NCBI GenBank assembly: GCA_046290225.1
Contig: JBKAGE010000037.1
Location: forward strand, 192,001 to 256,000
Direction: 5' to 3'
DNA length: 64,000 nt
Source of the DNA: Bradymonadia bacterium
GTDB lineage: Bacteria; Myxococcota_A; Bradymonadia; UBA7976; UBA1532
The notes below the pieces were generated by a model that worked only from the letters and a program-made list of their open reading frames with translations, had not been told where the DNA came from and did no database searches. Below, piece by piece: positions 1 to 8,103 of the stretch (position 1 is its first letter; each line of letters starts with the position of its first letter). The position numbers and the translations under genes were made by a program.

Positions 1-376
1 GCCGGAGGGTGATGCCCGCATGATCACCGCCCGCCCACTCGGGGATCACCCCCTTCGACAGAGGCGTGTCGAGGCTGAGCATGCCCTTGTCCACCATGAT
101 GCCGATGCCCAGCGCCGCCACGGACTTGGTCACCGACATGGCCATCACGGCCGTCTCGGGATCCGCACCGAAGTACTCTTGAACGATGGGCTTGCCCTTG
201 TGGAACACCACGAGCGCGGTGCTGTGCTCGGCCTTCGCCTTCGTCTTCAAGCGCGCGAGGGCCTTGGCGTCGAGGCCTGCGTGGCGTTTGGGGGCGCTCC
301 ATGCCGTACTCGACAGCACGAGCGCTGCCAGCACCATCCAGAACTGAATCGTAGATGCGGTGTTTCGGGTCCTCAT
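1..376 (-). CDS. Serine hydrolase, beta-lactamase/class C-like family, secreted (runs off the window edge)
   Basis: Not in the ORF track. Manual translation from ATG 376 gives MRTRNTASTIQFWMVLAALVLSSTAWSAPK...ALVVFHKGKPIVQEYFG...MAMSVTKSVAALGIGIMVDKGMLSLDTPL, with a signal peptide and the SxxK motif (SVTK). Confidence 0.8.
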   Translation of the reverse strand, partial: MRTRNTASTIQFWMVLAALVLSSTAWSAPKRHAGLDAKALARLKTKAKAEHSTALVVFHKGKPIVQEYFGADPETAVMAMSVTKSVAALGIGIMVDKGMLSLDTPLSKGVIPEWAGGDHAGITLR

Positions 377-472
377 GGGTCCTCTCGCAGTGTTGGCCCA
401 TCTCGGGATACCCCATGCTGGACGAGGGCTCCAAGATCAAACGCCTACAGCCCCCACGCATCTCGACATACG

Positions 473-877
473 ATGATCACGAGCTCACGACCTCGGGAGA
501 GACCCCTGCGCGCCCTCACCCTTTCGTGCTGGCTGCTGCTGCTCGGCTATGGTGCCGGGCTGGTGGTCCACGCCCACGACGAGATCACCGAGACCTTCGA
601 CGTCGACGTCAATGGTCGCGTACACCGGTTTCCCGTGCACACTGATGACGGGGAGATCATCGATCCCCGGGTGGGTGATCTGCGCACTGAGCGTTGCCAG
701 CGGCGGGGGCACGAGGCCACCCTCGCGCGATACCAGGATCGCACCGTATTGATCGTCGGGCGCTCTCATACCCGTCCCCTCATCTTCGATCCGCAACGTG
801 GCGTGGTCCTGCTCGAGCAGTCCGCCCCCACGCCAGAGCCCATCGCTGGAGATCAGGAGCCTCTCAGGTGCCCTTGA
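473..877 (+). CDS. Small exported or membrane-anchored hypothetical protein
   Basis: 3' part of ORF 20..877 from ATG 473; hydrophobic N-terminus (LTLSCWLLLLGYGAGLVVHA); stop overlaps the start of the lnt-like gene. Confidence 0.55.
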   Translation: MITSSRPRERPLRALTLSCWLLLLGYGAGLVVHAHDEITETFDVDVNGRVHRFPVHTDDGEIIDPRVGDLRTERCQRRGHEATLARYQDRTVLIVGRSHTRPLIFDPQRGVVLLEQSAPTPEPIAGDQEPLRCP

Positions 878-2298
878 GCGCGCTTCAAAGATGGGCCCTG
901 GTGGTGCTCTCGGGCTACCTGACAGGGACAGCCTTCATCTACACCGGCGGCGCCGCCCTCGTCGCCAACGTGCCTCTGTTCTTCGCCTTGAGATCTCGAG
1001 ATCGAGAGGGTCGAACCATCCGTGGCTTCGAAGCCGCGCTCATGGGTGGCCTCGTGGGCTTCATGGGTGGGCTGCACATCTACGGCATCCTCGACTACGG
1101 GTGGTTGCTGCTGTGGGGGTTCGCCCTCTACACCGGCAGTCAGATGGCACTCTTCGGCTGGCTGCTCCATCGGCTGTGGGGGCGCTCGCGGTGGGGTGAC
1201 ATCCTGTTGCCGGGTCTCGCCTGGGCTGTGAGCGAGTGGATCCGGACCGTGGGGGTGTTGTCGATGCCGGCGAGCTATGTGGGCTGCATCGCCGACGTGA
1301 GCTGGCTGAGGCCCTGGCTGGCCCTCGCCGCGGTCACTGGCGGGATCGGTGTGAGCACCCTCATCGGGGTGTTCCAAGGGGTGTTCTATTTCGGGATTAC
1401 GTCCTCGACCCATCGCACACCTGCAGGTGTCATCTTGCTCGTGTTGATGGGTGTGGGGGCGTGGGGTGCCATCGCTCCGCCACCTTTGGGTGAGCAGCCG
1501 GTGAAAGTGGCCGGCGTGCAAGGGGGCCTGCCCAATCACGTCTATGCAGGCGCTCAAATCGACCCCCTGCTGATGGAGGCGGTCATCGAGGCGTATGGCC
1601 CGCTGACCCAAGAGGCGGCCACCTCTGCTGATCTCGTCGTCTGGCCTGAGACCGCGGTGCGCACCAAGGTGCTGGGCAGCCCGGATCTCGAGGCGCGTCT
1701 GCTGCCCCCTGCCGACAGTGATGCCACCCTCGTCGCGGGCCTGGCGGTGGTCACGCCAGATGGCCTGGAGCACAACCGGGCGGTGGCCGTGCATGGTCGA
1801 CAGGTGGTGAGCTTCAGCGACAAAGTCCGCCTCGTACCGGGCCACGAGGCCCGATTCACCCCCGGAGAGCGCTGGCAGGCCATCGACACCCCAGTGGGCC
1901 CGGTGGGCGTGATGATTTGCCTCGAGTCAGTGTTCCCTGATGCAGGGCGCGCCCTCGCTGCCGACGGCGCCGAGCTATTGCTGGTCATCAGCAATGACGC
2001 CGGCTTCCGTCGATCGCCCATCGCCCGGCACATGACGTTGCGGGCAGTGGTTCGGGCGGTCGAGACCGGGCGCTGGCTGCTCCGCGTGGGCCAATCTGGT
2101 GTCACCACCCTCATCGATCCCCGCGGGCACACCCACGGCGAGTTGCCCCTCTTCTCTCACGGCATTCTCTCCGGCACGGCGCACCGGCTCCACCATACGA
2201 CCCTCTATGTGGCATGGGGTGACTGGTGGATGTATCTCGTATTTTCAGGTCTATTTTGGTTGTCCTTTCGGACTGTCTCACGCAAGAGACACGACTGA
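868..2298 (+). CDS. lnt: Apolipoprotein N-acyltransferase (Lnt-like: membrane domain plus nitrilase/CN-hydrolase domain)
   Basis: Multi-TM N-terminus with EWIR; VQGG; catalytic triad contexts VVWPE, DKVRLVP, MICLES; ISNDA and RAVETGR motifs. GTG 868 follows AGGAG. Confidence 0.85.
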   Translation: MPLSALQRWALVVLSGYLTGTAFIYTGGAALVANVPLFFALRSRDREGRTIRGFEAALMGGLVGFMGGLHIYGILDYGWLLLWGFALYTGSQMALFGWLLHRLWGRSRWGDILLPGLAWAVSEWIRTVGVLSMPASYVGCIADVSWLRPWLALAAVTGGIGVSTLIGVFQGVFYFGITSSTHRTPAGVILLVLMGVGAWGAIAPPPLGEQPVKVAGVQGGLPNHVYAGAQIDPLLMEAVIEAYGPLTQEAATSADLVVWPETAVRTKVLGSPDLEARLLPPADSDATLVAGLAVVTPDGLEHNRAVAVHGRQVVSFSDKVRLVPGHEARFTPGERWQAIDTPVGPVGVMICLESVFPDAGRALAADGAELLLVISNDAGFRRSPIARHMTLRAVVRAVETGRWLLRVGQSGVTTLIDPRGHTHGELPLFSHGILSGTAHRLHHTTLYVAWGDWWMYLVFSGLFWLSFRTVSRKRHD

Positions 2299-2391
2299 AC
2301 CGTATTGGAACAACCATAAAATTGCTTCACATCTCTGACACTGGCCACTAAAAACACCAGCATCCAATCTCGTTGTATTCCATGAGGTCGA

Positions 2392-2904
2392 ATGAGCGGG
2401 TCTGATGACCATTGGCGTCCCCCTGGCCATGATCTGGGCCTCCCTGCCGCGACCCCATTTTCGAGTCGCCCGATGCTGCGTGTCCTCATCGCCGAGGATG
2501 ATGCCCTCAACCTGAACATGCTCACCCGCATCATGGAGCACCTCGGCTTCGAAGTGATCTCTGCAGGGACCGGTGAGCAGGCGGTCAGGCAATTTCGCGG
2601 GCAGCACATCGATCTGGTCTTGATGGACATCCAGATGCCCGAGATGGACGGCATCGAGGCCACGATCCAAATCAGGCGCTTGGAAGAGCGCGCGTTGGTG
2701 AAGGCGACCGGTCAAATCGGGCCGACACCCATCATCGCGGTCACCGCCAACATCGATCCCTATACACGCCGTCGTTGCCTCGAAGTGGGCATGACCGAGT
2801 ATCTCAACAAGCCGATCCGCAAGCAGACGATCGAGCTCCTGCTGACTCAGCTCTTTCCACGCTGGCGGCCGAGAGCACCGCTCAACAGGCGCCCCACCCA
2901 GTAG
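2392..2904 (+). CDS. Single-domain response regulator (CheY-like receiver); start may be ATG 2473
   Basis: VLIAEDD, DLVLMDIQMPEMDG, PIIAVTA and YLNKP motifs. Confidence 0.9.
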   Translation: MSGSDDHWRPPGHDLGLPAATPFSSRPMLRVLIAEDDALNLNMLTRIMEHLGFEVISAGTGEQAVRQFRGQHIDLVLMDIQMPEMDGIEATIQIRRLEERALVKATGQIGPTPIIAVTANIDPYTRRRCLEVGMTEYLNKPIRKQTIELLLTQLFPRWRPRAPLNRRPTQ

Positions 2905-3746
2905 AGCACTGCGAACATTGGCAGGAACACGATGATGGCGCTGCCCTCGTGCCATGGTCCCATGGCCAGCGCGTCTCCCCCATAGTGACCCAACAGACAA
3001 ATGATGGCGATTCGCAACGCGTTGGCGCCAAGGGCCATGACCGGGATGATGGCCTGCAACGCCACTCGACCGAGGATCGTACGCTGACTGGCCCACCCAA
3101 AGACCAGGCCGAAGAGCGTGAGGGTGATGAGCATGTTGATGCCACTGCAGGTCTCGTTGACCACCACCCAGTATCGCGGGGTATAGACCCCGAAGACTTC
3201 CCAGACCTTGCCCTCGTACCCCGCCACGTCGAGCAACCATGCGGCCCATTGAGCGCTCCACCTCTGAAGCACGGGGTCGAGATCTCGCAGGGCCCACTCC
3301 CAGGGCAACACGAAGAGCGCCACCAACATCGGGATGACCACGGCCCGAGCCCTCGGGCTGCCCTGGGCGCCCCACACCAGCACGAGGGTACCGAGTACAC
3401 AGCCCACCCCGGCGATCAGCATCCACCGTGCGCCCTCTCCAGGGTGCAGCCAGAGCGCCGACATGGTGCATGCCCAGATCAGGGCGAACACGACATGCGC
3501 GGCCCGGTGGGTACCGCTGGCCACTTCGGGCCACTGCGGCTGGCGTCGAATGATGAGAAAAAGGGCCAAAGCTGCAGGCAGGGCCATGACCCCAGCACCC
3601 AGGCTGCTGAGCGCAGTCCGAGTCCAGGTGAGAGCGGCCCACCGCAATACGATGATCGTGGGGATCGCCAGCAACACGCCGGCGAGGAGGGTGTGGCTCA
3701 GCGGCCACCGGGGAGCGCTCGAAGGCTCAGCGCTCAGCCTGGGCAT
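2847..3746 (-). CDS. Exosortase/archaeosortase family intramembrane transpeptidase
   Basis: About 8 TM helices; catalytic Cys in VVNETCSGINML, Arg in GANALRIA, His in GPWHEG (Cys-Arg-His triad of the exosortase family). Confidence 0.9.
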   Translation of the reverse strand: MPRLSAEPSSAPRWPLSHTLLAGVLLAIPTIIVLRWAALTWTRTALSSLGAGVMALPAALALFLIIRRQPQWPEVASGTHRAAHVVFALIWACTMSALWLHPGEGARWMLIAGVGCVLGTLVLVWGAQGSPRARAVVIPMLVALFVLPWEWALRDLDPVLQRWSAQWAAWLLDVAGYEGKVWEVFGVYTPRYWVVVNETCSGINMLITLTLFGLVFGWASQRTILGRVALQAIIPVMALGANALRIAIICLLGHYGGDALAMGPWHEGSAIIVFLPMFAVLYWVGRLLSGALGRQRGKS

Positions 3747-3951
3747 CCTCGAGGGCTCGACGCTTCAAGGCGCTGCGCACCGCCCAGGTGGCCGGCACGC
3801 TGCCGGCGAGCATCATGGCCCACATGCCAGGCTCTGGCGCTCCGCCGCCACCACCGCCCCCGGGAGGGCCACCGCCGCCGCCGGCCCAAGCGAGAGCGGG
3901 CACCACGAGGCTGGTCAGCGCGAGCAGGAGATGTGAAGTGTTCAGGCGCAT
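3727..3951 (-). CDS. 74-aa Gly-rich micro-protein with PEP-CTERM-like sorting signal (probable dedicated exosortase substrate)
   Basis: AGGAGG RBS 6 nt before ATG; signal peptide ending AWA; core G5-P2-G7; APEP motif, hydrophobic segment, then KRR; overlaps the exosortase start by 20 nt. Confidence 0.8.
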   Translation of the reverse strand: MRLNTSHLLLALTSLVVPALAWAGGGGGPPGGGGGGGAPEPGMWAMMLAGSVPATWAVRSALKRRALEDAQAER

Positions 3952-4041
3952 GGTCGACCTCCTGACGAGTTGTCGAGGGCTCAGAGTAGCACAATGTGAT
4001 CGCGCGGTGTCAGTGAGCAGAGCATCCCAACGGATCTCTGC

Positions 4042-4716
4042 TCATGGCCGCCCCCTGCCGGTGAGCCGGGCCATCATCTGATCGAGCCGCGCCACATGAT
4101 CGTCCACTGAGGCATTGAGCGAGCGCTTCATGTACCGGGCGTTGCCGATGGCGGTGAGGGTGGCCTTGTACCTCTCATCGGCAGACTGATCCGTGAACAC
4201 AACCAGTGGGATCGGCCCGAGGCCCCAGCTGGGCTCGATGGCCCGCAGCCCCAGGGCGGCGTCGAGGGGATCCAGGGTGGCCTCGTCACCGCTCAAGAAG
4301 ATGAGCCCGGGCTTTCGGCCGGCGCTGAGAGACTTCACCGCCTCGGTGAGCATGATCGCCGGGGTCTCGAAAGACCGCACCGTGCCCGCCCAACCTGCTT
4401 CGACGAACCGGCTGGCCACGGTGCCCGTGAGCAAATCGCCGAATTGCACCATCCACACTTCGTCGAGCAGCGCTTTGGACGCCTTGGGTGCTGGGGTTTG
4501 AGGTGGCGGCGTGTGCCGCTTGGGCGCAGGCATCTGGGGGGTGCCTCGCGGGTTCACCCCTGTCGTCGAGACATCGACCACCACCCCACACACAGTGCAC
4601 AGCGCTACATAGCGATCGCCGTCGTTGATCACCCGCACCAGGGGCGGCTCTGCTCGCTGAGCACAGTCGTGCACGATGGACGGCGGCGCACGATCGTAGA
4701 GATTGAACGCGCTCAT
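4042..4716 (-). CDS. Putative Zn-ribbon plus atypical receiver-domain protein
   Basis: N-terminal HDC...CTVCG, Pro-rich linker, then a receiver-like fold (PGLIFLSG...IPLVVFT...YMKR) with Ser at the phospho-acceptor Asp position. Confidence 0.55.
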   Translation of the reverse strand: MSAFNLYDRAPPSIVHDCAQRAEPPLVRVINDGDRYVALCTVCGVVVDVSTTGVNPRGTPQMPAPKRHTPPPQTPAPKASKALLDEVWMVQFGDLLTGTVASRFVEAGWAGTVRSFETPAIMLTEAVKSLSAGRKPGLIFLSGDEATLDPLDAALGLRAIEPSWGLGPIPLVVFTDQSADERYKATLTAIGNARYMKRSLNASVDDHVARLDQMMARLTGRGRP

Positions 4717-5129
4717 GCCGCACCTCCGACGAGCCGCTCCACAGCCACCGAGAGGGTCCGGGCCAGGGCCATGGCCGACTGCCCTTCAGTCTTTTGAAGA
4801 TAGACGGCGCGGCCCAGATGGGCGAGGCGCTGCTCGGTCTCTGGCCCCGCGGGATAAGCGGAGAGCACCAGGATCGGACACGGCTCGGCCTCGAACCCCG
4901 CCTCGACGGCCCGAATCATCTGACCGGTGGCCCAGGCCTCTGGCCGCATCTGGGACAAATCGAGCACGGTGAGCGCCAGAGGTGTCCGAGCCTTCAAGGC
5001 CGCGGTGACCCCCTCGAGACACTCCAAACCATCACTGCACACGACGAACTGAGCGTAGCTGGGCTCGAGGCGCCCCATCTCCAGGGCCAGCTGAGCCTCG
5101 TCAGTGGCCACCATAACCTGCCTCGACAT
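4713..5129 (-). CDS. Divergent stand-alone receiver-domain protein
   Basis: VMVATDE, SDGLECL, LTVLDLS, PILVLSA and YLQK; ATGA overlap with the downstream gene. Confidence 0.65.
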   Translation of the reverse strand: MSRQVMVATDEAQLALEMGRLEPSYAQFVVCSDGLECLEGVTAALKARTPLALTVLDLSQMRPEAWATGQMIRAVEAGFEAEPCPILVLSAYPAGPETEQRLAHLGRAVYLQKTEGQSAMALARTLSVAVERLVGGAA

Positions 5130-5133
5130 GTGC

Positions 5134-7302
5134 TCACCCTCCCTGGCTGCTCAAAGTGCTGATCATCATGGTCATGTTCACCGCCAGGTGGGCGACGAAC
5201 GGCGCCACCAGGCCGCCGGACCGCCACGCCAGCGCGGCATAGGCCATGCCCGCAAAGCCTGCGATCTGGGTCACCTCGATCAGGATCTGAAAGATGTCGC
5301 CTCTGAGGATCGACATGAACGACATGTGATAGAGCCCGAAGAGCAGGCCGGTGATCAGCACCGCCATCTCCGGCCGTTTGAGGGCACGGCTCAAAGCCGT
5401 ATAGATGAAGCCCATGAAGAAGAGCTGCTCGGCGGTCACGTGGATCAAGGTCATCAACAACACGGTGGCGCCACCGGCCACCTGCTGAATCGGGGTGAAG
5501 AAGCCCACCGCCAGGCCATACACCGCTGCGACGCCGATCCACTTGAGATCTTCGCCGAGCACCTCGGGGCCGGCCTTCTTGTTGTTGAGCCACCTCAATC
5601 CCAGGACGCCGACGCCGATGAGCACCAGCCGCCTGATCCACCACCAGATGTCGGAGATCACATAATAGTATTCCTGATTCCCAAGCTTTCGCAGGTCCTG
5701 GGGCCAGGGATCTCCACCGACAGGGGGGCTCGCCGAGCCGCCTGGGAGCAGGTTGGCGCCGACGAACATGAGCAGGAACACGGCGAAGAAGGCCGACATG
5801 GCGGGCACCATCATCGACGCATCGTGTACCGGGGCCCGCTTCTTGTTCGGCGGACCGAGCCGGGTGCTCTGTTTCGAGGTCTTGCGCTTTACGGTCTTGC
5901 CGCCGGTGAGCGACAACGTGGAACGGCTGCTCTTCTTTTGCACCCGACTGGTGACGAGGCGCAGCTCGCTGCGGGCCTCGGTGTTCCTCGGGTTCAGCTC
6001 GAGGGCCATCTTGAGGGCCTTCTCGGCCTGCTCTGCCATCCCCGCGAGGCGATAGATCTTGCCCACATAGAGCAGCGGGGCGTCCATGTCGGGGGCCACG
6101 TCCATGGCCCGGCGCATCCGCTTCGCCGCCTTCTTTGCTGCGGTCTCGTCTCGCTCGCTGCCCAGGAACGCGCTCCACGCGTAGTTCACGTGGGCCATGG
6201 GATCCTCGGGCACGAGCTTGACGAGGCTGCTGAAGCGCAACGCCGCAGCCTCGTAATCCCCTGCTTCGAGGTGGCGGCGGCCTTCGGCGGCCACATGGCG
6301 CACCGTGAGCTTGCGCATCACCTCTTCATCTCGTGGGTCCTGCCCCAGATCGAGGGCCTCGGCACAAATCAGACGACGCTCGTCGTCGAGCAGGCATCGA
6401 TGAGCCTCGTCATAGAGGGCCTTCAGCGCTTTCTGATGCTCACCGGAGGGCAGCCCCTGCAGGGCCGCGCGATATGCAGCTTCGACCTCCTCGGCGGTGG
6501 CCTCGGGGGTCACCTTGAGGCGGGCGAAGAAGTCGAGGGCTTCGAGTGCCTGTACTGGCCCTGCAGGCTTCGACACCTCAGGGCTCGGCGTCGCCACGGG
6601 CAAACCAAAGGCGAGGTGGCCGCTACGCCAGAGGGTCATCAGCTTGCGCATGGCCTCTGGAGGCTCGAGAGCCATCACCCGGCACACGGCGTCGACCTGC
6701 CCCTGCACGCTCTCCTGGGTGCGGGTGGCCACCTCGGCGAGGGAGGCCCATGCAGCGGGGAGGTTGTCGAGGCCCATGTCGGGGTCGACAGAGAAGACCC
6801 GGCGCTCATCAGGCAAAGCGTCAACGAGGGGGCTGTTGAGATCGAGGAGCACCAGCGGATGCAAAGTAAAGGCAGCCCGCTCGCGCTCATAAGTGCGATC
6901 TTCGATGAAGCGCGTCTCGCACTGAGTGAAACTGAGCAATGCCTCGAGGCGCCACAAAATCAGCATGCTCAGCACCATGGGCTGGGCATCTGCCGGCAGG
7001 ACCTTCAGGGCCTGTGCCCAGGGCACCCGACCCTGAGAGAGCACCTGTCGTGCGGTGTCTTGCTCGATGAGGCCATTGTCGACGAGCCGCCTCAGCCAGG
7101 CGCCTCTCCGAGCATCCTCCACTGATCCTTCGAAATGGATCGGGTAGCCCGACCGGAGCATCACCTCGACCTCGTCGCCCTCTTGCAGGGTGACGCGCAG
7201 TCGGCCGGTGGCTCGATTGCGATAGGCCCGGAATAGGGCATCGGCCACCGGTGAGGTGTGGACCAGCCCCGCGAGGGAGGACTCCGGCGTCAGGATACTC
7301 AA
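5134..7302 (-). CDS. DUF4388-like / DnaJ-like / TPR / CPBP (CAAX protease, Abi) fusion membrane protein
   Basis: ATGRLRV...LRSGYPI (DUF4388-like); DFFARLKVTPEATAEEVEAAYR (J-like); TPRs (ALELNPRNTEAR); C-terminal TMs with AEQLFFMG, FGLYH and HLAVN CPBP motifs. TTG start uncertain. Confidence 0.75.
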   Translation of the reverse strand: MSILTPESSLAGLVHTSPVADALFRAYRNRATGRLRVTLQEGDEVEVMLRSGYPIHFEGSVEDARRGAWLRRLVDNGLIEQDTARQVLSQGRVPWAQALKVLPADAQPMVLSMLILWRLEALLSFTQCETRFIEDRTYERERAAFTLHPLVLLDLNSPLVDALPDERRVFSVDPDMGLDNLPAAWASLAEVATRTQESVQGQVDAVCRVMALEPPEAMRKLMTLWRSGHLAFGLPVATPSPEVSKPAGPVQALEALDFFARLKVTPEATAEEVEAAYRAALQGLPSGEHQKALKALYDEAHRCLLDDERRLICAEALDLGQDPRDEEVMRKLTVRHVAAEGRRHLEAGDYEAAALRFSSLVKLVPEDPMAHVNYAWSAFLGSERDETAAKKAAKRMRRAMDVAPDMDAPLLYVGKIYRLAGMAEQAEKALKMALELNPRNTEARSELRLVTSRVQKKSSRSTLSLTGGKTVKRKTSKQSTRLGPPNKKRAPVHDASMMVPAMSAFFAVFLLMFVGANLLPGGSASPPVGGDPWPQDLRKLGNQEYYYVISDIWWWIRRLVLIGVGVLGLRWLNNKKAGPEVLGEDLKWIGVAAVYGLAVGFFTPIQQVAGGATVLLMTLIHVTAEQLFFMGFIYTALSRALKRPEMAVLITGLLFGLYHMSFMSILRGDIFQILIEVTQIAGFAGMAYAALAWRSGGLVAPFVAHLAVNMTMMISTLSSQGG

Positions 7303-7407
7303 GTCTCAGATCACCCGCAGTGCATCACGTGGCGACGAGTCTAGACCCCCTGGGCTCCAGATGACAGTTTGCAGTGCACGAAGCGAAATACAGGGGGTGG
7401 ACTGGGG

Positions 7408-7965
7408 TTATTTGTCGCGTGACATCCAGGTCCTGAGATCGCTCACGATGAGGGGGGCCAGAGTCTCGAAGCAGGCCCGCTGCTCGGCTTCAGCGGTCAT
7501 GGCATCAGCCTCGGCACCGAGATCGACCTGGGCGCGATAGCGGTTCGACGCCCTGAGCACCCGCTTGAGGCCCTCAGGTCGAGACTGCACGCGATAGATC
7601 ATGTGTGCCATCTGACAATCGATGCGCGTGGATCCTTTTTGCCGGTCCACCCGAGTGCCCAACCTGATCTTCAGCTCGGCGAGCGGCTGGCCAGAGGCCT
7701 CGCGCGCCGCCTGGTCGAGATCTCGAGTCACGTCGATCTCGGGCATCCCGCCGACGTTCGTCTGCACCACATCTTTGACGTGCATCACCATGTCTGGTGT
7801 GGCGCCATGAATGTGCAGGCCCAGCTGCAGCGCCTTCGAGCCAGGGGCCACGGCAGGTGGACTCGGCATCGCGTCTCCACCACCGGGTACGGCCTCGGCG
7901 GCCACAGAGAAGGTGATGCCTGCGAGCAGGATCGAAGCGATGTGCCTGGCTGTACGTGTCTTCAT
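7408..7965 (-). CDS. Secreted hypothetical protein
   Basis: Signal peptide MKTRTARHIASILLAGITFSVAAEA; two Cys; fits the gap between neighbours. Confidence 0.65.
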   Translation of the reverse strand: MKTRTARHIASILLAGITFSVAAEAVPGGGDAMPSPPAVAPGSKALQLGLHIHGATPDMVMHVKDVVQTNVGGMPEIDVTRDLDQAAREASGQPLAELKIRLGTRVDRQKGSTRIDCQMAHMIYRVQSRPEGLKRVLRASNRYRAQVDLGAEADAMTAEAEQRACFETLAPLIVSDLRTWMSRDK

Positions 7966-8103
7966 GCACTCTTCATCGACCGCATGTGACCCGAGCCTTA
8001 ACCCACTTCTTTATTTTCTACATTTTGACCCACGTGCGTCTGTTGTGATCCGATCCCGACCCCGTGCTAGTCTCCGGCGAACGTCAATGGACCAGGACAC
8101 ATC

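Noticed and set aside
20..472. 5' part of ORF 20..877 and ORF 24..461
   Set aside because: The region is occupied by the minus-strand serine hydrolase (SxxK) in another frame, which the track missed because it runs off the edge.
5104..7125. 673-aa + strand ORF and similar long antisense ORFs (10449..12029, 33808..34965, 38638..40368, 42814..44556, 48525..50363)
   Set aside because: Each lies opposite a gene with clear family motifs; typical of high-GC DNA.
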